Shown: positions 19,728-28,824, counted from the first letter of the stretch. The stretch: DNA of 64,000 bases from a bacterium (GCA_043801585.1 JAZDLX010000115.1:32001-96000); one strand, 5' to 3'. Made by a program: numbers and translations. Notes: a model not told the origin generated them from the sequence alone.

Positions 19728-19817
19728 CCCTTTTACGGACAGACTTGATATTATGTGGCCCTGTTTGCTTGCAAACAAGGTTTCTTTTAGTCAGCCGTCT
19801 GATCTGGTGAAGCAGCC

Positions 19818-20239
19818 TGTAGGCCGGGGTCTCCGAACCCGGCGCAGTGTGGCGTGGCTTGTGGCCCGGCTGCCCCGTCAGCCGGGTTTCAGAAGTTTTT
19901 GTGTAGGCCGGGGTCTCCGAACCCGGCGCAGTGTGGTGCGGCGTGTGGCGCGGCGTGTAGCCCGGCTGCCCCGTTAGCCGGATTTCAGAAGTTTTTGTGT
20001 AGGCCGGGGTCTCCGAATCCGGCGCAGTGTGGTGCGGCGTGTGGCCCGGCTGCCCCGTCAGCCGGGTTTCAGAAGTTTGTAATGTAGGCCGAGGTCTCCG
20101 AACCCGGCGCAGTGTGGCGCGGCGTGTGGCCCAGCTGCCCCGTCAGCCGGGTTTCGGAAGTTTTTGTGTAGGCCGGGGTCTCCGAACCCGGCGCTGTGTG
20201 GTGCGGCGTGTGGCCCGGTCCCGACCGTTCGGGACCGGG
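19818..20239. repeat. Tandem array of five ~84-bp REP-like units (GTAG-tagged hairpins)
   Basis: Units start 19818, 19902, 19998, 20083, 20167 with TGTAGGCCGGGGTCTCCGAACCCGGCGC; second hairpin CCCGGCTG-CCCCGT-CAGCCGGG-like; between convergent genes. Confidence 0.9.
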
Positions 20240-20255
20240 TATCATCCGACTCAGA

Positions 20256-20891
20256 TTATGAAGTTTTTGTTTCTCCGGGCATCGTCCCGAAGATGTAATC
20301 CCAGAGGGGCGTGCTGACGCCGAAGCGCCTGCTCATATCAATCCCGTGATGACGCATGTGGTGTTTGCGCATTGTCTGGAACCATTTACCGGGCAGGTTG
20401 ACGTGATGGTAGGCGTAGTGAAGCATGTCGTAGATGATGTAGCCTGTCATCATACCGGCGAACAGGGGATTCACCCACATCACCAAGTCGAGCACAACTC
20501 CAACGACAAGGTAGAATAGTCCATAGATGATTGCAGCGGTTGGGATCGCACCCAGGGGTGGCATCACCAGGCGGGTTTTCACCATCGGCTGGTCGTGGTG
20601 TACGCCATGCCCCATGTACTGCATCCGCTTCAATCGTTCAGAGCGAAAGTTCCTGTGAAACAGGAAACGGTGCAGCAGGTACTCGATGAAAGTCCACGAG
20701 AAAAGCCCAAGCAGCAGCGCAAGAAGCCATTGTGTGTGCGTCATGGGGGAGAAGTAGCCCAGCCATGCGCAAAACACGATCACCGGTGTCCACAAGATCA
20801 CAACCCCGACCGGGGTGAAGTGGGTGAGAGCTTCGAGAATGGGGGATTTGAACAGCCGGACAGGCGGCGCATCTGGCGACATCGGCGTCAT
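20256..20891 (-). CDS. Fatty acid hydroxylase / sterol desaturase family protein
   Basis: EYLLHRFLFH, HGVHHDQP..RLVMPP, HYAYHH, HHMRHH, FGVSTPLWDYIFGT. Confidence 0.92.
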   Translation of the reverse strand: MTPMSPDAPPVRLFKSPILEALTHFTPVGVVILWTPVIVFCAWLGYFSPMTHTQWLLALLLGLFSWTFIEYLLHRFLFHRNFRSERLKRMQYMGHGVHHDQPMVKTRLVMPPLGAIPTAAIIYGLFYLVVGVVLDLVMWVNPLFAGMMTGYIIYDMLHYAYHHVNLPGKWFQTMRKHHMRHHGIDMSRRFGVSTPLWDYIFGTMPGETKTS

Positions 20892-20957
20892 GGGCACCTC
20901 GTGCTTGTTAGGATGCTCAAACGTAGAAAGGATAGAACAACTTCTGCAAGACTTTAC

Positions 20958-20983
20958 AAAAGACCCCGGGGAAATCCCCGGGG
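20958..20983 (-). terminator. Intrinsic terminator after LVIVD gene
   Basis: CCCCGGGGA/TCCCCGGGG hairpin followed by TCTTTT on minus strand. Confidence 0.65.
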
Positions 20984-21014
20984 CACGGTTCTCACCGTAT
21001 CGCTGTAACATTAA

Positions 21015-23294
21015 TCACTTGATCAGCGTGACTTTTCGTGCTAGTTGAATCTCTCCCGGCACGGACATTTGGACGAAATAAACTCCACTGGCAAAGGAGC
21101 TGCCATTAAAAGTTATTGTCTTATATCCCGCCTCAGTTTTTCCATCCAACAGAGTGGCGACATTCTGCCCTAAAACGTTGTACACATTCAATCGCACGTT
21201 TGTAGTGTGGGGTAGACTGACCACGATAGAAAGTACCGGATTGAAGGGATTCGGGTAGAGCGAGACAATAGAATACTCCTCAGGCACAGCCATGTACGAG
21301 GGGTCTTCACTACTCAAAACGGCTGAGCCATCATAGATATCAAAATGGGCGAAGTCTGCTACATAAATGTTGTTCCCCGATACAGCCACATCTTGTGCAT
21401 TACCCATTGTGTTGTAATATCCGACTTCAACAAGCTGCACAGGATTGGATATATCCAAGACTCTCAATCCTGCAACCTCGTCAGCGATGAATGCAAAATG
21501 ACCTTCAACTTGAACGCTGCAGATATAGCCGGGAGTTTCATAGTATCCGACTTCGACAGGACTTGCCGGATTTTGAACATTTATGATATGGAGTCCCATA
21601 AATGCATCTGCCAGATAAACGAAATCCCCCGAAACCGTAAGGCATTCGGAATGTCCCACTGTCTCCAAACTGCCGATTTCGAAGGGATTGTTCGGAGTAG
21701 AAATATCGAGAATACGAAGTCCAATAAGCTCATCCACGATATAGGCATAGTCCCCGGAAACTGCGACGTCCATCACTGTACCTATTGTATCGCAATAACC
21801 GACTTCAAAAGGCTGTTCTGGATTCGATACATCGATGACACGAAGTCCCTCTCCGCCATCAGCCATATAAACAGCACCGCCATTAGCAGCCAGGCTGAAT
21901 GCACGGCCCGGTGTATTGTAGCTTCCTATAACTTCGATTGAAGAGGGAGTGGAAACATCAAGAACTTTCAGCCCAACGTCAAGATCTGCAGCGTACAGGT
22001 AATGATCAAGATAGACTATATTTTCTATTCCCTTGGCAGAATCGCAAAACCCTACTTCCATGGGATTGTTTTTTGACTCAATGTCAACAACTCGAATACC
22101 TGCTCCAAAATCAGAGACAAATGCATAGCTGTTGGATACTGCAACTGCATAAATAATGCCGTACGAGTTGTATTGACCGATAATCACAGGACTGGTTGGG
22201 TTTGAGATACTTACTACTCGCAAACCGGTATAGTGGCCTGCCAAATAAGCATTCTCACCCATAAGCCAAACATTATGCGCATTCAAGTATTCGCTTAAAC
22301 GACCCATCTGAGTTGGTTGGGTTGGGTCTGAGATGTCCGCGATGATAAGCCCCCAAACACCATCAGCGATATAAGCTTTCCCATTTCGTACCGTGACATC
22401 CCACGCGTATTCAGGTGTTCCAAGTTGCCCGATTAGTTGAGGATGTGCCGGGTCGGATACATCAATGACCAGAAGGCCCCCATGCCCGATGGCGACATAG
22501 GCGAAATTGCTGTCGATTGCGATGCCAAGCGCTAAATCTGTTGTCGGAAAGGTTCCTGAAAAAGTGGGGTTTTCAGGATCGCTAATGTTATAAATACATA
22601 ATCCCGAATCCTCTTCAGCCACGTATGCGTAATTCCCCGACAGTGCAATGCTGCGTGCGTCGCCACGTTGACTGCATGAGCCAATTAAGGTTGGGAGAGT
22701 GGGTTCGCTGATATCGATAGTGCTGATTGCCCCGGATTCAGCAATAAACGCATAGTCACCGGAAAGGGCGATGTCACTCGGGCTGCCATTTGTTCTGCAT
22801 AAACCGACTTCGTTGGGATGCTCAGGATCGGAAATGTCGACTACATGCAATCCATTGGACTGACCGGCAAGAAGCGCATAGTCTCCGTCAACGGCGGCAT
22901 TCGAGACATAGTCCTGAACTTCGATCGTGCTGATCGCAAGTGGATTTGCCGGATCTGTAATATCCACCAGGTGCAACCCAGCGTAACCATCAGAGACAAA
23001 GGCAACATTGCCTGAGGTTGTTACCCCAGTTGCAGTAGACCATTTATCATACATCGTGCTGATGAGTTCGATGTTCTCATGATCGCTGTTGTTGCCAAGT
23101 TCGGATTTTGATGCCGTTGATACTCTTGGGAATGGGAGAAGAATCGATTCGTTCAACATCATCGGCTGAACCATTTTGTACGCATGATTGTTTACGTATG
23201 CAGGAGGAACAGCATGGACAGCGGGTGCATCTTCAGCCAGGGTAATCGAAACAGCGAGTAGGACACCGGTGAGGGCAAAAAGCAGGGATTTCAT
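21015..23294 (-). CDS. Secreted LVIVD-repeat (beta-propeller) protein with T9SS-type C-terminal sorting domain
   Basis: Signal peptide, ~13 repeats of VAVSGNYAYVADG..GLRVIDISNP, C-terminal YPNPFNP...VYNVLGQ...ASGVYF..KVTLIK. Confidence 0.9.
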   Translation of the reverse strand: MKSLLFALTGVLLAVSITLAEDAPAVHAVPPAYVNNHAYKMVQPMMLNESILLPFPRVSTASKSELGNNSDHENIELISTMYDKWSTATGVTTSGNVAFVSDGYAGLHLVDITDPANPLAISTIEVQDYVSNAAVDGDYALLAGQSNGLHVVDISDPEHPNEVGLCRTNGSPSDIALSGDYAFIAESGAISTIDISEPTLPTLIGSCSQRGDARSIALSGNYAYVAEEDSGLCIYNISDPENPTFSGTFPTTDLALGIAIDSNFAYVAIGHGGLLVIDVSDPAHPQLIGQLGTPEYAWDVTVRNGKAYIADGVWGLIIADISDPTQPTQMGRLSEYLNAHNVWLMGENAYLAGHYTGLRVVSISNPTSPVIIGQYNSYGIIYAVAVSNSYAFVSDFGAGIRVVDIESKNNPMEVGFCDSAKGIENIVYLDHYLYAADLDVGLKVLDVSTPSSIEVIGSYNTPGRAFSLAANGGAVYMADGGEGLRVIDVSNPEQPFEVGYCDTIGTVMDVAVSGDYAYIVDELIGLRILDISTPNNPFEIGSLETVGHSECLTVSGDFVYLADAFMGLHIINVQNPASPVEVGYYETPGYICSVQVEGHFAFIADEVAGLRVLDISNPVQLVEVGYYNTMGNAQDVAVSGNNIYVADFAHFDIYDGSAVLSSEDPSYMAVPEEYSIVSLYPNPFNPVLSIVVSLPHTTNVRLNVYNVLGQNVATLLDGKTEAGYKTITFNGSSFASGVYFVQMSVPGEIQLARKVTLIK

Positions 23295-23375
23295 TGTGTC
23301 CCCCGATCGAAGTTATTTACGATAGTGACCATTAACCCACATAAAATAATTTAATACAATGGGCCATCCTAATAC

Positions 23376-23412
23376 AAAAGTGAGCGAACCGGATGGATTC
23401 GCTCACTTTTTT
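23376..23412. terminator. Terminator after pntB (bidirectional-type)
   Basis: AAAAGTGAGCGAA...TTCGCTCACTTTT perfect stem with A/T tails. Confidence 0.75.
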
Positions 23413-23435
23413 CTAAAGACAGGATTGAATAACTA

Positions 23436-25007
23436 TCAGCTTTCCTTGACCGCCTCGATGATCTCGGCGAAGGCCTTCTTGCCGTCGTTGAAGAACATCA
23501 GGGTGTTGTCCAACGCGAACAGCGGGTTCGGAATGCCCGCAAAGCCCGGCGACAGCGAGCGCTTGATCACAATCGCCGTCCTTGCCTTATCCACGTTGAT
23601 GATCGGCATTCCGGCGATCGGGCTGTCCGGGTCGGTGCGGGCGACGGGATTGACCACGTCGTTGGCGCCGACGACGATGGCGACGTCGATGGTGTCGATG
23701 TTGTTGTTCGACTCCACCTCATCCCACAGTTTGTCATAGGGGACGTTCGCCTCGGCCAGCAGCACGTTCATGTGGCCGGGCATCCGGCCCGCGACAGGAT
23801 GGACCCCGAAGAACACCTCGGTGGTGTACTTCGACTCGAGCAGATTCGCGAGGTCACGCACGGCGTGCTGTGCCTGGGAGACGGCCATGCCGTATCCGGG
23901 GACGATCAGGACGCGCTGTGCGGTTTCGAGCATCATCGCGATCTCTTCCGCGGAAGTTACCTTGACGGTTTTGTAGATCTCGTTGGCGTCCATCGTGGAC
24001 TCGGTCGCGCCCATCGCTCCGAAGAGTACGTTGGGCAGCGAGCGGTTCATCGCCTTGCACATGATGTTCGTCAGGATGACGCCCGACGCACCCACCAGCG
24101 ATCCGGCGATGATCAGCACGGTGTTGCTGATGACGAAACCGGTCATGGCGGCCGCGATGCCGGAATAGCTGTTCAACAGGGCGATCACAACCGGCATGTC
24201 CGCGCCACCGATCGAGAAGGTGAGCAGGATGCCAAGCACCGCGGAAACGCCGATCAGCACCCAGTAGAGCAGCAACGTGTGCTCGGTGGGAACCACTTCC
24301 GTCCCAGACAACTGCACGACGAGTACAACGCCGACGATCAGGGCAATCGCACCGGAGAACATCTTCAGCGCCTGCATCCCCGGGAAGATCGCCTTCCTGT
24401 TCAAGGTCAGCAGACCGGTGAGCACAAAGGTGGCGATCACCAGCCAGGAGAGCGGGGTATAGGCGTAGGTGGAAGCGATGTAAACGCCGAGAGCCGCAAC
24501 GATCAGCGCGAAACCATACTTGATCAGCTTCTGCCAGGTGTGAAGTTTCCACTTCACCGCGAGGAACTCCGACAGCTTGCCAAACGCAATGTAGCTGCCG
24601 AAGAAGGTGACGCTGCCGACCAGACCCGCCAGCACGGTGGCGATGGACTTCTGCATGTCGGCCGGTTCGTGGCCGTGGATCACCTTGACCAGCTCGGCGG
24701 CGGCGACAACCAGTGACGCAGCGCCACCGAATCCGTTGAAGATGGCCACCATTTCCGGCATCGAGGTCATCGCGACACGGACTGCGGCAATCCAGCCGAT
24801 CGCTCCACCGATAATGAAACCAATGATGATGTAATGATACTCCAGGCCGCTGGCGAGGAGTGTGATCACGACGGCGATGAGCATACCCAGGGCGCTGGTC
24901 AGGTTGCCCTTGACTGCGGTGCGCGGGTGGGACATGCCCTTCAATCCGTAGATGAAAAGGACCGACGCGATCGCGTACACGATGTTTTGAAGGCTTTGAG
25001 AAACCAT
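23436..25007 (-). CDS. pntB: NAD(P) transhydrogenase subunit beta
   Basis: MPEMVAIFNGFGG, IGGADMPVVIALLNSYSG, VPGYGMAV, HPVAGRMPGHMNVLLAEA. Confidence 0.97.
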   Translation of the reverse strand: MVSQSLQNIVYAIASVLFIYGLKGMSHPRTAVKGNLTSALGMLIAVVITLLASGLEYHYIIIGFIIGGAIGWIAAVRVAMTSMPEMVAIFNGFGGAASLVVAAAELVKVIHGHEPADMQKSIATVLAGLVGSVTFFGSYIAFGKLSEFLAVKWKLHTWQKLIKYGFALIVAALGVYIASTYAYTPLSWLVIATFVLTGLLTLNRKAIFPGMQALKMFSGAIALIVGVVLVVQLSGTEVVPTEHTLLLYWVLIGVSAVLGILLTFSIGGADMPVVIALLNSYSGIAAAMTGFVISNTVLIIAGSLVGASGVILTNIMCKAMNRSLPNVLFGAMGATESTMDANEIYKTVKVTSAEEIAMMLETAQRVLIVPGYGMAVSQAQHAVRDLANLLESKYTTEVFFGVHPVAGRMPGHMNVLLAEANVPYDKLWDEVESNNNIDTIDVAIVVGANDVVNPVARTDPDSPIAGMPIINVDKARTAIVIKRSLSPGFAGIPNPLFALDNTLMFFNDGKKAFAEIIEAVKES

Positions 25008-25019
25008 GATCGTCGATCC

Positions 25020-25298
25020 TTACTTTTTCTTGAACATCTGAAGCATGCGATGGGTGACGAGATAACCGCCGACCACGTTGATGGTGGCGAAAATCATCGC
25101 GAGCATGCCGAACAGTTTCGAAAGTTCAGGCTCTTTGATGGTGCCTGCCGCAAAGATGGCGCCGATGATGGTGATGCCGGAGATCGCATTCGATCCCGAC
25201 ATTAACGGCGTATGAAGCATTGGCGGCACCTTCGTGATTACTTCGAACCCCACGAAGATCGCGAGGACGAAGACCGTCAACAGCATGACGAGGTCCAT
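25020..25298 (-). CDS. pntAB: NAD(P) transhydrogenase alpha-2 (membrane part)
   Basis: KVPPMLHTPLMSGSNAISG, NVVGGYLVTHRMLQMF. Confidence 0.95.
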   Translation of the reverse strand: MDLVMLLTVFVLAIFVGFEVITKVPPMLHTPLMSGSNAISGITIIGAIFAAGTIKEPELSKLFGMLAMIFATINVVGGYLVTHRMLQMFKKK

Positions 25299-25307
25299 CC
25301 CTCCTCC

Positions 25308-26588
25308 TTATTTCTTTTTAGTCGTCTTCTTCGTCGGAGCCTTTTTCGCGGAGGTTTTCTTCACCGCGACAGGCTTTTTCGTTGCGGCTTTCTTCGCCGG
25401 GGCCTTTTTACCGCCCTTTGACTTTTTCGCCGAAAGGGCTTCAATCAATTCCTTGACCCGTGGATTGACGATTTCGCCACCCTGGCAGATCATGCTGCCC
25501 GCGGTGATCTCGTCTTCCAGGTTGAGCACCAGCTTGCCTTCTTTGTCAGCGAGGTGCTGAAGCAGGGTCTGGACGTTCTTGGCGTACATCTGGCTGGCGT
25601 GGAAGGAAACGGTGGAAGTGATATTCTCGGGGCCGTTGATGAACACACCGTTCTTGGTTGTGATCGTCTTGCCGTGCACCGTCAGTTCGCAGTTGCCGCC
25701 ACGTTCGCTGGCGAGGTCAACAATCACCGAACCGGGTCGCATTGCCGCGACTTGGCTTTTGGTAACCAGAACCGGGGAACGCTTGCCTGGAACCGCCGCA
25801 GTGGTGATCACCACATCCGCCTCGGCGATTGCCTTGCCCATCGCCTCGCGCTGCCTCTTCAGGAATTCTTCGCTCTGTTCCTTCGCGTAGCCGCCGGTGC
25901 CCTGCGCCTCGCTGGTATCCAGTTCGACCTCGACGAACTTGCCGCCGAGGGATTCGATCTGCTCCTTGACTTCCGGGCGGACGTCATAGGCGTGAACGAT
26001 GGCGCCGAGACGTTTCGCAGTCGCAATCGCCTGCAGTCCCGCAACTCCCGCACCGATAATGAACACCTTCGCCGGGGCAATCGTCCCCGCAGCGGTCATC
26101 ATCATCGGGAACATCTTTGGAAGCAGGCTCGCGGCGATCAGGACGGCTTTGTATCCCGCCACATTCGCCTGAGATGAAAGGGCATCCATGGACTGCGCAC
26201 GAGTGATGCGGGGGATCAGCTCCATCGAGAAGCTGATCGCACCTGTCTTTGCGAGTTCCCTGGCTTTGTCAGGGCTGCCGAGTGGATCCGTGTGGCCGAC
26301 AATGACCTGTCCAGCCTTGATCTTTTTCAGATCACTCCTGCCAGCGCCATTGTCACCACCGTAGGCGCGGACCTGGGCGATGACGTCTGCCTTCTTGAAA
26401 ACGTCGTCGCGCTTTCCGATGCTGGCGCCCTTGGATGTGTAGGTCTCGTCCGTAAAGCCGGCTTCCACACCGGCTCCCTTCTCGACGAGCACCTTGAAAC
26501 CTTTCCGGGTGAGCTGGTGCACGATATCCGGCACCAACGCCACGCGCTTCTCGCCCGGAAACAGCTCTTTGGGCACTCCGACAATCAT
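25308..26588 (-). CDS. pntAA: NAD(P) transhydrogenase alpha-1 (NAD-binding) with Lys-rich C-terminal tail
   Basis: GEKRVALVP, PRITRAQSMDALSSQ, GAGVAGLQA, GGYAKE; start 26588 or 26600. Confidence 0.96.
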   Translation of the reverse strand: MIVGVPKELFPGEKRVALVPDIVHQLTRKGFKVLVEKGAGVEAGFTDETYTSKGASIGKRDDVFKKADVIAQVRAYGGDNGAGRSDLKKIKAGQVIVGHTDPLGSPDKARELAKTGAISFSMELIPRITRAQSMDALSSQANVAGYKAVLIAASLLPKMFPMMMTAAGTIAPAKVFIIGAGVAGLQAIATAKRLGAIVHAYDVRPEVKEQIESLGGKFVEVELDTSEAQGTGGYAKEQSEEFLKRQREAMGKAIAEADVVITTAAVPGKRSPVLVTKSQVAAMRPGSVIVDLASERGGNCELTVHGKTITTKNGVFINGPENITSTVSFHASQMYAKNVQTLLQHLADKEGKLVLNLEDEITAGSMICQGGEIVNPRVKELIEALSAKKSKGGKKAPAKKAATKKPVAVKKTSAKKAPTKKTTKKK

Positions 26589-27078
26589 GGCGATGTCCAT
26601 CCCTTGTTTCGTTTGTCTTATGCCCTGCGACCAATTACGTCGTGGGCCTCGCTTTTGGTTTTGTTCCAGTTGCGGGGTCATCCCGCCGAGATAGAAACTC
26701 CTCCGGCCACTCGATTCTTTGGCATGGCAACTGCCCGTCTAACGTTATGCCTGAGTGTTCAAATTCCGCTTTGCGACGGGAAATGTGCTGGCGAAAATAG
26801 GTGCAGCCTCTCGTGCAGTCAAGAGTGCGGGAGGTGCCTGCATCCCTTGTCATTGTTGAAAAAGGGTGCGCAAATGCCGCAAAGCGAACAATCACGGGTG
26901 TTACAGGGGGATGGAATATTCGCACTTGAGTGCTGAAACCGATCCTTTCGACTCTCAGAGACCCTGAAATCACTGGTAATGTTGATGTGCAGGTTCATCC
27001 AATGGAAAGAGAGGCGAGAGGAGGTGTCGGGTCTTTCCTCTTGCGCCATCGGATAAATAAAGTCACTCGGAGCATAAA

Positions 27079-27636
27079 GTGAATACCAGCCCTGTCGTTG
27101 ATCTGTTGCGCGGAAGGCGGTCTACCCGGTCGATCGATTCACGACCTCTTCCAGAAGAGGTCGTTCAGGATCTCATTGAAGCGGTACGCCTGACTCCTTC
27201 CTGTGCGAACAACCAGCCATGGCGTTACATCTTTGCGGAGAGCGAAAACGAACGCCAGCGCATCTCGGAAGCCTTCATCGGCGCCAATGCCGCCTGGGCT
27301 CCGCGAGGAGCGTTGATCGTCTGTGGCTACAGCCGGGCATCCGAAGATTGCCGCAACGAGGATGGGAGGGAGTATCACCAGTTCGACCTCGGCATGGCAA
27401 CGATGAACATGATGCTGGCAGCAACAAGCCATGGACTTGTCGCCCGACCAATGGGGGGATTTAATCCGGATGTCATCCGCAGGCTCTACGGCCTCGACCC
27501 GGAGGATCAACCTCTTGTGATGGTTTCCATCGGACGCCCGGGCGCGAATGAGGATCACCTGCCGGAGAAGTACAAGGGAATTGAGGACAAACCCAGGAAT
27601 CGTAAAAGCGCCGCGGAGATCATCCGCAGGGTGTGA
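27079..27636 (+). CDS. Nitroreductase family protein
   Basis: RRSTRS, TPSCANNQPWRYI, DLGMA..NMMLAA, PMGGF. Confidence 0.92.
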   Translation: MNTSPVVDLLRGRRSTRSIDSRPLPEEVVQDLIEAVRLTPSCANNQPWRYIFAESENERQRISEAFIGANAAWAPRGALIVCGYSRASEDCRNEDGREYHQFDLGMATMNMMLAATSHGLVARPMGGFNPDVIRRLYGLDPEDQPLVMVSIGRPGANEDHLPEKYKGIEDKPRNRKSAAEIIRRV

Positions 27637-27666
27637 GGAGCAGGTGCCAGTTGCTTAGGGATGAAC

Positions 27667-28055
27667 ACAATATGTCACCCCCAGCGCTATCTGTCACTCC
27701 CCGCGCTACCTGCCACCCCCGGACAATATGTCACCCCCGCACAGGTGGGGGTCCAGACAATAAACCATGGCCGACCATCCGGATTCCCGCCTGCGCGGGA
27801 ATGACATTTCTACGTTTCCGTCGGTTCCTTAGCGAAAGCGTGTTCAGTCATCCTGAACCGGCCTGCCAAAGGCAGGCGCAGTCTGTTCAGGATGACCGGA
27901 TTTGGACTGTCCCGCAGGTTTCTCAGCGAAGCGGAGAACCGATGGATAGAGACGGGGTGTCGGGTTTCCACTTCGTTTACGACCCGACACAACAAAGAAA
28001 GCTATAAGGCAAATAGTCAGCAGGGCCATTCTCCCTGTCCGAGAGAGAATGGCCC
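27667..28055. repeat. Cluster of REP-like palindromic elements
   Basis: TGTCACCCCCGCACAGGTGGGGGTCCA + inverted GGATTCCCGCCTGCGCGGGAATGACA; GTCATCCTGAAC..GTTCAGGATGAC; GTGTCGGGT..ACCCGACAC; GGGCCATTCTC..GAGAATGGCCC. Confidence 0.75.
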
Positions 28056-28114
28056 GTTGTGCTCATGCAATACTTGAAGTGCGCCGAGGGTATTCTGGAA
28101 TACCTCCGGTCAGG

Positions 28115-28545
28115 TCAATTGCCGGTCGAGAGATCTTCAGGAGCGTTGTTGGATATCCAGTCCTCGATTGCCTGGATGTTGTCAGTGCGGATGTTTCCGC
28201 CCGGGGGCATTCTCGGAAACCCCTGACCCTGACTCGACTCAGCAATTCGCTTGCGCTTGGGTTGCCCGGAAGGATCACACGGTTCCCGCTTGTCGTCACA
28301 TGGCTGACGACCGGGGTGTACGTTGCAACGCTGAATCCGCTTTGAGCATTCGATCCACCGTGGCATGCGCTGCAATAACCATCGAGCATCGGTCCGATCG
28401 TGTGCTTCCAGTCTAGATCAGCATTCGGATCCAACGTGAATCCTGAGCCTGCAGGTCCCTGATTGGAGCACCCAGAAAGAAGAATCGTCAGAAGAACGGT
28501 CGCAAGAATCGCCCGTGGAAGGACGAATCGGATACTGGATTCCAT
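28115..28545 (-). pseudogene. Monoheme cytochrome c lipoprotein (planctomycete cytochrome c-like), split by a -1 frameshift
   Basis: Lipobox LSGC, CSACH, VILPGNPSASELL in one frame; RMPPGG..IQAIEDWISNNA in the adjacent frame; junction ~28216-28230. Confidence 0.8.
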
Positions 28546-28784
28546 GAAGAAAATCCTCCGATGATGAAAACCGTCATTTGACTGACGCAGTAAATGACAC
28601 GGTAACCTGCTGCACCTCAAATGTGTTTCATCATCGAAGTCCTTTCACGGCTGATTTGAGAGATTAAAATGCCGTGAAAGCAAAGTTAGGGTGTTATAAC
28701 ATCAAGCGTTTTTTCAAATCGAGGAAATGAAGGTAAACCGAGATGGAGCACTGAAACGTTGAATTTATCAACGTGATAACGTGG

Positions 28785-28824
28785 AAAAAGGACATCCCCC
28801 GACTCTGATGAGGTCGGGGGACGT
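28785..28824 (-). terminator. Intrinsic terminator of candidate sRNA
   Basis: ACGTCCCCCGAC/GTCGGGGGATGT 12-bp stem followed by CCTTTTT. Confidence 0.7.

Noticed and set aside
19818..20239. CRISPR array
   Set aside because: Intervening sequences are near-identical rather than unique spacers, the unit is ~84 bp, and no cas genes are in the window.
19711..20317. Short ORFs across the tandem array
   Set aside because: Repetitive translations in several frames with no RBS; by-product of the GC-rich repeat.
26719..26735. Sigma54-like TTGGCATGGCAACTGCC on + strand
   Set aside because: Weak -12 box (CTGCC), ~340 bp from the next + gene, and no enhancer recognised.
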